Shown here: one piece after another, positions 56,490 to 64,000 of the stretch
Numbering within the stretch: the stretch's first letter is position 1
Layout: each line of letters opens with the position of its first letter
NCBI GenBank assembly: GCA_965263035.1
Contig: OZ253580.1
Coordinates: 5,696,001-5,760,000, forward strand
Length of the DNA: 64,000 nucleotides
Direction of reading: 5' to 3'
From: Acidobacteriota bacterium
GTDB taxonomy: Bacteria > Acidobacteriota > UBA6911 > RPQK01 > JAJDTT01
Program-made: the position numbers and the translations under genes
Notes under the pieces: generated by a model
Databases searched by the model: none
What the model saw: only the letters and a program-made list of their open reading frames with translations
What the model was told of the DNA's origin: nothing

Positions 56490-58195
56490 GGCACAGGCTC
56501 ACCCGGAACCAGTCTCAGTTGGGCTTTGAGGAGGGTCAAGTCCTGTCCGGGAGAGGACTCGCTGAGACCGGCCTCCACCAGATTCTCCCCTTGCCGCAAC
56601 GCGCCGGCTGCCAGCACGTAAGCGACTCGTGACGATTCCGTCTCCGCCTCCGGTTGCAGCAACCGTCCGCCCGCCTGGGCCTGCCCATTGAGGCTCAGGA
56701 CCAGCTGGTCCAACTGGGGCAGGTCGCCTTCCAGCTCCAACGTGAGTTCGGCGCTTTCCAGGCGGCCTTCCTTCTCCAGGCGCGGGACGTCGTCGCCGAT
56801 GACGATGGAGACCCGCGCTTGACCTCCCGGCTCCAGGGAGGCCGGCAGGTCGCCCTGGCTGGAGATGAATGCATAGGGGAACCAGACTTTTTCGGCGGCC
56901 GAGTAGATCTTTTCCGTGCCTTCCAGAGCTTTGGGGTCGTCGATGCCGTCCAGACAGGCATAGACGCGTTTCCGGAGCGCCCGCCACTGCGCTTCGTCGC
57001 GAATCTGCTCCCAGGGAGCAGTCAGATTCCAGAAATAGATTCCGTCGGCGCCGGCAGCGTACCACTTGGTGGCCAAGGCCCGGGTCATCTCTATTCCCCG
57101 GCCGTCCATCAGTTGGCCGGGATTGTTGATGCAGGGGTAGAGCGGCACGTCGTAGGCATGGGCGGCTTTAGCCATCTTCGCCACGGGCAGGGAGAAATGG
57201 GCGTAGCCCCCGCCCAGGAACAGCATGTCCACCAGACCTTCGCGCATCCAGGCCTCCAGATCGAGGCCGATGCCCAGGGAAAGTTCCAGATCATCCGGAG
57301 TCCGAACTGCCAGCAGGAGAGGCCGTCCGCGCTCCTGCCCGATCTCGCCCATGCGCTGCCGAACCCTCCGGATGAAGGCAGTCATGAGGGAGACCTGCTC
57401 GGGGGTGACGGCCTCTCCTTCGAAAATGCTCTTGAAGAGGACGGGATGCCGGATGAAGTCCAGTTCGACGCCATCCAGGTCGTATCGGAGGCAGACCTCC
57501 TCGATGATCTCGAACTTGCGGTCGCGGACCACCTGGTGGGTGAAGTCCAGTGCCGTGGAGTAGAGGTTGGCCACCGGGGAACCGGGAAAGGCGGGTTCGG
57601 CGATGGCCGTCTGCAGTCCGCGAGTACTCACCAGGAATTCTCGATGGTCGAGTTTCCAGCGGGAGAGGTGGCCCTCGACGAAGCTGTCGTGAACGTCGTT
57701 CATGCGCAACGAGGCGAAGGCCTCCATTCCATGCTCGTGCGCGAAGTCGGTGACGATCTTCAGGGGACAGGTGCCGGCTTCGACCAGAGTCTTGAGATTG
57801 GACGCGTAGGGATTCATGTAGTCGGGACGGTCCGATTGCTGGGCATCGCCGTAGATGGGTTGGATGCGGCTGTCGTAGGAGGGGGCGTCTCCAGCCAGGA
57901 TCGACCAGCTGATCGTGGTCACGGGGGTTCCCGGAAGGGCTTCGAGCCTGGGCGCCAGGAAGCCTTCGACGGTGGAGGCTCCGGGGTGCATGAGAACCGC
58001 CGAGTCCCCGTTGAAGATCACCCGCTGCTTGCGGGTCTCGATCTGGGCCGACTCTCCCTCTTGACCCGGGTCGACAACGCAGGCGGCGAGGAAGCAGACC
58101 AGCAACAGGGGAAAGATCATGGCTCTTCCGGCGGCCCGGGCACAGACTCGGTCGGGACCACACCATTCTGGACCGGAGGGATTCTTCCTGATCAT
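56486..58195 (-). CDS. Lipoprotein with TIM-barrel glycoside-hydrolase-like domain
   Basis: Lipobox FLAAC, IFNGD, SLRMNDVH, DGVELDFIRHP, GADGIYFWN. Confidence 0.7.
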   Translation of the reverse strand: MIRKNPSGPEWCGPDRVCARAAGRAMIFPLLLVCFLAACVVDPGQEGESAQIETRKQRVIFNGDSAVLMHPGASTVEGFLAPRLEALPGTPVTTISWSILAGDAPSYDSRIQPIYGDAQQSDRPDYMNPYASNLKTLVEAGTCPLKIVTDFAHEHGMEAFASLRMNDVHDSFVEGHLSRWKLDHREFLVSTRGLQTAIAEPAFPGSPVANLYSTALDFTHQVVRDRKFEIIEEVCLRYDLDGVELDFIRHPVLFKSIFEGEAVTPEQVSLMTAFIRRVRQRMGEIGQERGRPLLLAVRTPDDLELSLGIGLDLEAWMREGLVDMLFLGGGYAHFSLPVAKMAKAAHAYDVPLYPCINNPGQLMDGRGIEMTRALATKWYAAGADGIYFWNLTAPWEQIRDEAQWRALRKRVYACLDGIDDPKALEGTEKIYSAAEKVWFPYAFISSQGDLPASLEPGGQARVSIVIGDDVPRLEKEGRLESAELTLELEGDLPQLDQLVLSLNGQAQAGGRLLQPEAETESSRVAYVLAAGALRQGENLVEAGLSESSPGQDLTLLKAQLRLVPGEPVP

Positions 58196-58298
58196 CGAGT
58201 TTTCGCCATCGTGTTGGCCTCCAAGGTTGTTCGAGTACGGGCGCCGGCGGCGCCGTGGGAGGATCATAACCCACCGGCAGGAAAGGGGGAAATCAGGA

Positions 58299-58371
58299 GG
58301 AGCGGCGGTTTCCTAGCCGCCGAACTCCCATGGGAGTGCCGGGGAATGGGCGACAGGGATGCCGCCCCTCC
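58299..58371. repeat. REP doublet (REPIN-like)
   Basis: GGAGCGGCGGTTTCCTAGCCGCC ... GGGCGACAGGGATGCCGCCCCTCC. Confidence 0.78.
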
Positions 58372-58389
58372 TCGCCGTGGGAAAACTTG

Positions 58390-59514
58390 TCAGTAACCCA
58401 CCTTGCAGATGACGTAATCGCCGTAGCCGGTGATGATCCGCGTGTAGCCGGAGAGTTCCAGGTCCAGGGCCGGGTCACCCGTATCCACCAGGAGCGGGCG
58501 GGCCCTCAGAGAGACGAGCTTCTCCTTGGTTGCGATGATCATAAGATTCTCCCGGCCCACCTTCCGGATGATCTCCGGACTGATCTGCTGATTCCCCCGG
58601 CCCAGGATATGCCCCTGACCTCCGATGGCCGTCACCACGACCTTGGCCCTGTGTCCGTCGATCAGATCCAGGAGTTGACGCGCCGTGACGTCGTTGGCGA
58701 GCAGCTTCTTGTTCCGGACCACATCCACCCCCAGCAGCGTGTTTTGCAGACCCAGCTCCTGGAGGATGCCCCGCGTCGTGGTTCCCGGTCCCACGGCGAA
58801 GATACAGTCCGGGTCCTCCATGGCTCTCAGGACCTCGGCGCAGATTCCCTGGAGGGCTTCCGCCTCGTGGACGACTCCTCCCGCCTTCACGTTCTGGACG
58901 AACCGGTTCTCTTCCGGGACCCGCAGGTACCCATAGAGCTTGGCCCGGACCACTCCGGCCCGGAAGGCCTCCTCATCGATGTCCATGACCTCGGCGGAGC
59001 GCATTCGCAGAAGGCGGCGCTGCAGCCAGAGGACCACCAACTCGCCTGCACTGCGTGGTGTTACGGCGTAGACGGCCGAGTGGATCTTGACGCCCGCCGG
59101 AACGCCCAGAACCGGCACCTCCTCGCCGACGGCGTGGTAGAGGTCGCGTGCGGTTCCGTCGCCTCCGGCGAAGAGGATCAGGTCGGCTCCGGCCCCCGCC
59201 ATCTCCCGGGCCGCCCGCCGGGTGTCTTCGGGAGTCGTATGCCCACCATCGGTGCGTCCGATGACGGATGCCGGGAGACCCGCCAGGGCGCAGGAATATT
59301 CTCCCATCTGGTCGGAGTAGGTGAGGACTTGGGCCTTGTCTTGGAACTCGGAGACGACCTTCAGCGCCTGGGCCATCCGGCCCGGAGCTTCGGGCCTGGC
59401 CCCCAGCTCACGGGCACGGCGCAGGATCTCGACCCCGTCGCTCCCCTTCAGTCCCACCCGGCCGCCCATGCCGGCGACGGGATTGACGATGACGCCGAGA
59501 GTGCGCCGAGGCAT
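58390..59514 (-). CDS. ATP-NAD kinase / AcoX family protein
   Basis: VNPVAGMGGRVGLKGSDG, GGDGTARD, GVKIHS, GRGNQQ. Confidence 0.88.
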   Translation of the reverse strand: MPRRTLGVIVNPVAGMGGRVGLKGSDGVEILRRARELGARPEAPGRMAQALKVVSEFQDKAQVLTYSDQMGEYSCALAGLPASVIGRTDGGHTTPEDTRRAAREMAGAGADLILFAGGDGTARDLYHAVGEEVPVLGVPAGVKIHSAVYAVTPRSAGELVVLWLQRRLLRMRSAEVMDIDEEAFRAGVVRAKLYGYLRVPEENRFVQNVKAGGVVHEAEALQGICAEVLRAMEDPDCIFAVGPGTTTRGILQELGLQNTLLGVDVVRNKKLLANDVTARQLLDLIDGHRAKVVVTAIGGQGHILGRGNQQISPEIIRKVGRENLMIIATKEKLVSLRARPLLVDTGDPALDLELSGYTRIITGYGDYVICKVGY

Positions 59515-61088
59515 TACCCGGAACTTTTGGCCGCTTGTTTCTTCACGTACTGGCGCCAGGTCACTGCGATCCGCTCGGGCTCGTCGATGCTCGGCGCCGG
59601 CACCCTGTGAATGGCCGAATTATGCGGCGCGCTCTTGACCAGTTCCGGATTCTCGTAGGCTTCCTTGGAAATCTGGCGCAAAACGGCCACGTACTCGTCG
59701 ATGTCGTCCTTGGAATAGGATTCGCACGGCTCCAGGGTGAAGGGCTCGGGGACGATCCAGGGGTGATGGCTGGGCCAGTAGTGCTGGATCCCGTAGTCGG
59801 CGATTCTCCGGTTGATGTCGTCCGTCCCCACACCCGTATCCCGATTCAGCTTGTCCCAGCTGTAGCGCACCTGCTCCAGGCGCCGTTTTCCTTCCGAATA
59901 CCAGATGACGACTCCCGGCACCTCACTCAGCTTCTTCAACATGTAGTTGTTGTTGAGCACGGAGCACTCGGCCACTTCCCGCAACCCGTCGGCGCCGAGC
60001 TGCATGACCCAGGCGTAGGCCTTGACGACGCCCTGGGCGTTGCCCAGAAAGGAACGGACCCGGCCGATGCTCTGCGGATCGCCCTGGTAGTCCAAGGAGT
60101 AGCGTTCGCCGTCGAACTCGACCCGGGGCAGGGGAAGATACGGCTTCAACTCGTCGATCACCCCGACGGCGCCGATAGCGGGTCCCATGCAGGCGTGGGG
60201 CATGGAGAAGGTCTTGTGGATGTTGAAGTGACAGAGATCGAACCCGGCCTCTTTCGCACGAGTCACCCCCAGCAACCCGTTGGCGTTGGCCTGATCGTAG
60301 GCGCAGAGCGCGCCCACGCCGTGGGCGATGTCGACGAATTCCCTGATCTGGGGGTTGTAGAGACCCGTGTCCTCCGGGTTGGTGATGAAGATGCCCGCGG
60401 TCCGTTCGGAGACGGCCGCCTTCATGGCGTCCACGTGCGGGTAGCCGGTCTCGGCCGGCATCAGGGTGACCACCTTGTAGCCGGCGGTGGCGCCGGTGGC
60501 CGCGTCGCAGGGGTGGGAGAACATGGTGGTGATCACCTCGTCCCGCTGGTGATCGCCCCGGGAGGCATGGTAGGCGCGGACCATGGAGGCGTTGGTGAAG
60601 ACCCCCTGGGCGCCGCCTCCCGGTTGAAAACTGAACCGGTCCAGGCCCGAGATCTCCTTCAGGAACTGCTCGAACTGGTAGTAGACGTGGAGGATTCCCT
60701 GGATCGTGCTCACGTCCTGCAGGGGATGGATCTCGGCCATGCCCGGGTTTCGGGTGGCCACGTGCTCCTGAATCTTGGGGCTGTACTTCATGGTACAGGT
60801 CCCCTGGCTGATATCGATGTTGACGTCGGTGCCCAGGGTCTCCTGGGAGAGGCGCAGGTAGTGGCGGTTCACCCGCATCTGGTTGATTTCCGGCAGGGCC
60901 GGCGGGCTTTTCCGTCTCAGGTTCTCCGGAATCCGGGAGCAGCCGTCTCCCACCGCCTCCTGGATGCCGGGTTCCGCCTGGGGAACCAGGATGCCCCGTT
61001 CTCCGGGGACGTTCATTTCGCAGATGATCTCCTCGTCCCATCGAGCCTGGTGGTATTTCCTGAGCAACGTCTCACGGTCTCTGCCCAT
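59514..61088 (-). CDS. gcvPB: Glycine decarboxylase P-protein subunit 2, divergent paralog
   Basis: GTCTMKYSP, FSFQPGGG, HFNIHKTF (PLP lysine), LNNNY. Confidence 0.85.
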   Translation of the reverse strand: MGRDRETLLRKYHQARWDEEIICEMNVPGERGILVPQAEPGIQEAVGDGCSRIPENLRRKSPPALPEINQMRVNRHYLRLSQETLGTDVNIDISQGTCTMKYSPKIQEHVATRNPGMAEIHPLQDVSTIQGILHVYYQFEQFLKEISGLDRFSFQPGGGAQGVFTNASMVRAYHASRGDHQRDEVITTMFSHPCDAATGATAGYKVVTLMPAETGYPHVDAMKAAVSERTAGIFITNPEDTGLYNPQIREFVDIAHGVGALCAYDQANANGLLGVTRAKEAGFDLCHFNIHKTFSMPHACMGPAIGAVGVIDELKPYLPLPRVEFDGERYSLDYQGDPQSIGRVRSFLGNAQGVVKAYAWVMQLGADGLREVAECSVLNNNYMLKKLSEVPGVVIWYSEGKRRLEQVRYSWDKLNRDTGVGTDDINRRIADYGIQHYWPSHHPWIVPEPFTLEPCESYSKDDIDEYVAVLRQISKEAYENPELVKSAPHNSAIHRVPAPSIDEPERIAVTWRQYVKKQAAKSSG

Positions 61089-61139
61089 GGTGCCGATCTC
61101 CTTTCCGGGTCCGGTTGTCTCCGGTCTCCAGGTCCTGTC

Positions 61140-62543
61140 TCAGCTGCAACACTCGCCCAGGGCCTGGACCAGCTTGTGGATGTCGTCCTGGGTGCTTCTC
61201 TCGGTCACGCAATAGAGGGCGCTCTGGCCCAACTCGGGAAACTCTCCGGAGAGATCCTTGCCTCCGAAGATCTTGCGGTCCAGGAGCGCGGTGTTGATCT
61301 CACCGACGCTCTTGCCGGCCCCGTCGAAGTTCACTACGAATTCCTTGAAGAAGGGGGTGTCCGAATTGACCTGAACGCCCGGTATCCGGGAAATCTCCTG
61401 GGCGGCGTACTGGGACTTCTGGAGGATGGTCCGGCCGATCTCCTCCATCCCCTTGGGACCCATCAGCGCCAGATAGACACCGGCGGTGATGGCCCAGAGT
61501 CCGGTGGTGGTCCCCGTGTACTCCTTGCCCTGTTCCCGGGAGCCGTAGGAGGTCCGATCGAAGAGCACTTCACCGAAGCCCCACTCCCCCTCGCGGACGG
61601 TCTCGGTGAGGCCGAACATGAGGTCCTTGAACTCGGCCACGTATCGCATGTCGCCATGAGTGGCGATGAAGCCCCCCTGTCCCCCGCCGCATTGGATGTG
61701 CATGCCCAGAGGCTGGAAGTCGCCACAGGCAAAGGTCCCGCCGAAATGGGCCGGAGGCGCCAGTACTCCCAGGGAGATGGGGTCGGTATAGACGACGAAC
61801 TCGGCCCCGGCGTTGCGGGCGATCTCCCCGATCTCCTCGGCCTGGGTCTCGATGAAACCCAGGTAGCTCGGGTTCTCGATGAGCACCGCCGCCGTGCTCG
61901 TGGAAATGCTGGACCGCAGTTGTTCCAGGTCCAGAAGGCCTGTGTCGGGATCGAAATCGACGGTCCGGATGGAAATCTGGGGCTCACCGATGCCACCCAG
62001 GTAATTGCGGACCACCGCCATCAGATCCGGATTCGCGGAACGGGGAACCAGGACCTCGTTCCTGCCGGTGGTCCGGGAGGCCATCCGCAGGGACGTGGCC
62101 GCGGCCGCGGGACCATCGTAGAGGGGGCAGCTGAGAACGTCCATGTCCAGCAGCTCTCCCATGAGGCTGGCGTACTCGAAAAGGGCCTGCCATTTGCCAT
62201 GGTCGGCATAGGGCTCGCCCACGTACGCCGTGACGAACTCGCCGCGGCTGCTGATCTCGTCGCAAACGGCCGGTACGTGGTGCTGGGCACAGCCGGCGCC
62301 GAGGAAATTCAGATGGTCGTCGCAGTTCCGATTCCGGTCCAGGATCTCCTCCAGGTGCCGCTTCAGGGAGTACTCGTCCAGAATCGGCTCCGGGAGGTTC
62401 ATTCTCCGCTTCAGGATCAGTTCGTCGGGAATCTCCTCATAGAGATCCATGATGTCCCGCGCGCCCACCTCCTTGAGCATCTGGGCCTTGATTTCGGGGA
62501 CCGAGTTGGGGATGTAGGGGTAGACGATCTGCTTTCGACTCAC
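61140..62543 (-). CDS. gcvPA: Glycine decarboxylase P-protein subunit 1, divergent paralog
   Basis: PYIP, FLGAG..HHVP, EFVTAY, QALFEY, LYDG, YCVTE. Confidence 0.85.
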   Translation of the reverse strand: MSRKQIVYPYIPNSVPEIKAQMLKEVGARDIMDLYEEIPDELILKRRMNLPEPILDEYSLKRHLEEILDRNRNCDDHLNFLGAGCAQHHVPAVCDEISSRGEFVTAYVGEPYADHGKWQALFEYASLMGELLDMDVLSCPLYDGPAAAATSLRMASRTTGRNEVLVPRSANPDLMAVVRNYLGGIGEPQISIRTVDFDPDTGLLDLEQLRSSISTSTAAVLIENPSYLGFIETQAEEIGEIARNAGAEFVVYTDPISLGVLAPPAHFGGTFACGDFQPLGMHIQCGGGQGGFIATHGDMRYVAEFKDLMFGLTETVREGEWGFGEVLFDRTSYGSREQGKEYTGTTTGLWAITAGVYLALMGPKGMEEIGRTILQKSQYAAQEISRIPGVQVNSDTPFFKEFVVNFDGAGKSVGEINTALLDRKIFGGKDLSGEFPELGQSALYCVTERSTQDDIHKLVQALGECCS

Positions 62544-62643
62544 GTTGCTCCTCCGTCTGCTCGACCGGGCGCCTTGGGGCAAGATTTCCCGGCACTGATC
62601 GCGCTCAGTCTACTACGACCAAGGCCGGAAAATACAAGAAGCG

Positions 62644-62721
62644 GGAGCGGCGATTTCCAGTCGCCGAACTCCGGAGCAAAATACCGCAAGAAGGGAATGG
62701 GCGATTGGAAATCGCCCCTCC
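62644..62721. repeat. REP doublet (REPIN-like)
   Basis: GGAGCGGCGATTTCCAGTCGCC ... GGGCGATTGGAAATCGCCCCTCC. Confidence 0.8.
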
Positions 62722-62794
62722 AAGGCAGCGGCTACGTTCGGGTTTCGCCTCGGTCCGCTTTGATGCAATCCGGACGGTTTCGTACACTGAGAGC

Positions 62795-63394
62795 ATGCGC
62801 AAGGAGGCCTCCCCGGATCATCCCGTTCACGAACTCATCTCGACGCGCTGGAGTCCGTACGCGTTCTCCAGGCGACCGATACCGCGCGAACAGCTGCTTT
62901 CCATCTTTGAGGCGGCGCGGTGGGCAGCCTCTTCGTTCAACGAACAGCCATGGCGCTACATCGTTGCGAATCGTGATCGAAGGGACGATTTCGAGAAAGT
63001 GCTGAGTTGCTTGCTCGAGGGAAACCAAGCTTGGGCACGAGAAGCGCCGACGCTCGCACTGGGATGCATCAGGATCACCTTCTCCCGCAACGACAAGCCC
63101 AACCGCGTCGCTCCTCACGATCTGGGACTTGCGTCTGCGAGCCTCACATTCGAGGCAACGAGCCGGGGAGTCTTCGTGCATCAGATGGCCGGGATCCTGC
63201 CCGACAAGGCAAGGGAAGTCTTTGCCGTCCCGGACGAATTCGAGGTCGTGACGGCGCTCGCGTTGGGCTATCGGGCCGACCTGGGCGCTCGAGCCCGGGA
63301 ACTACAGGCACGAGACGAGAATCCGCGCACACGGCGGCCGCTGGATGAGTTCGTGTTCGGCACCGAGTGGGGCGAGCCAGGGCTCGGGTCGTAG
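62795..63394 (+). CDS. Nitroreductase family protein
   Basis: RWSPYAF, AASSFNEQPWRY, HQMAG. Confidence 0.92.
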   Translation: MRKEASPDHPVHELISTRWSPYAFSRRPIPREQLLSIFEAARWAASSFNEQPWRYIVANRDRRDDFEKVLSCLLEGNQAWAREAPTLALGCIRITFSRNDKPNRVAPHDLGLASASLTFEATSRGVFVHQMAGILPDKAREVFAVPDEFEVVTALALGYRADLGARARELQARDENPRTRRPLDEFVFGTEWGEPGLGS

Positions 63395-63447
63395 CGCCAA
63401 GGTTGACAATCGAAGAAGGCAGGCCGACGTCTTGCCGGCTACGGTCG

Positions 63448-64000
63448 CTACTCCTGGATCCGGTAGAGGTGCGTCGTCGTGCGCAGGAAGAGGGCTCCGT
63501 CGGCGACCGCCGGCGAGGCCATGAAACCGTCGTCCAGCTTGTTTCGAGCCAGAATTTCCAGAGTATCGCCCGGTTGAATGATGGTGGCGAGGCCGTCTTC
63601 ATTGAAGAAGTGAATCCGGCCGCCGGCGAAGAGGGCCGAGGAGGAGTGGAGACCTCCGATTCGTTCCTTCCAGATCTCCTTTCCAGTCTTGAAGTCGATG
63701 CAGGTCGCGATCCCGTCGTTGCTCACCATGTAGACCCGCCCCTCGACCAGAACCGGTGAAGAGCGCTTGGGAGCGCCTCGGGCATGCTTCCAGGCGACAT
63801 GGGATCCGGTGACGTCGCCCCGGCCCCCGAGGCGGACCGCCCAGATTTGGGCCGTACCGCCGATGTGCCCCGTGCCGATCCCGACTTGCCCGTCCGAATA
63901 GAGGGTCCGGGGGGCCGAGGAGTGTCCCTCGTGGCGAATCTGCCAGATCTCCCGTCCGGTGCGGGGATCGTATCCGTAGGCCCCCTTGGCGCCGGGGCTG
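63448..64000 (-). CDS. PQQ-binding-like beta-propeller protein, C-terminal part (5' end outside window)
   Basis: CIDFKTGKEIWKERIGG, ASPAVADGALFLRT; frame is open to the window edge. Confidence 0.8.
   Translation of the reverse strand, partial: SPGAKGAYGYDPRTGREIWQIRHEGHSSAPRTLYSDGQVGIGTGHIGGTAQIWAVRLGGRGDVTGSHVAWKHARGAPKRSSPVLVEGRVYMVSNDGIATCIDFKTGKEIWKERIGGLHSSSALFAGGRIHFFNEDGLATIIQPGDTLEILARNKLDDGFMASPAVADGALFLRTTTHLYRIQE

Noticed and set aside
59535-63005. 1156-aa plus-strand ORF, and similar long ORFs at 53474-55732, 50845-52614, 56654-58396, 32736-34664 and 20706-22364
   Set aside because: These are antisense shadows of well-supported genes in high-GC DNA and show no recognisable motifs.

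Overview
High-GC bacterial DNA. The gene content (SSS transporters, PhyH dioxygenase, FG-GAP and PQQ-type propellers, GGAG-foot REP doublets) suggests an Acidobacteriota-like, possibly sponge-associated genome; this taxonomy is inference only. The first ~21 kb is an accessory/defence region. It holds a type I R-M locus split by toxin-antitoxin genes (hsdM carries two single-base frameshifts), a 630-nt group IIC intron lacking its RT ORF and inserted in a REP hairpin, and a truncated IS1182-type element. It also holds a DUF3800 gene with a structured leader, a tyrosine recombinase next to a 2.2-kb block bounded by two directly repeated 11-6-11 sites, an IS630 and an IS91-type remnant. Four copies of a ~159-bp MITE share termini with the IS1182. 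The remainder is mostly metabolic: an aas-like gene broken by a 13-bp repeat expansion, an ABC/lipocalin operon, a ferritin with a Fur box, acyl-CoA genes, acetoin-dehydrogenase-like E1/E2 genes, and a divergent GcvPA/PB pair with an AcoX/NAD-kinase-like gene. No rRNA, tRNA or CRISPR array was seen. All family calls come from motif recognition by eye, not from database searches.
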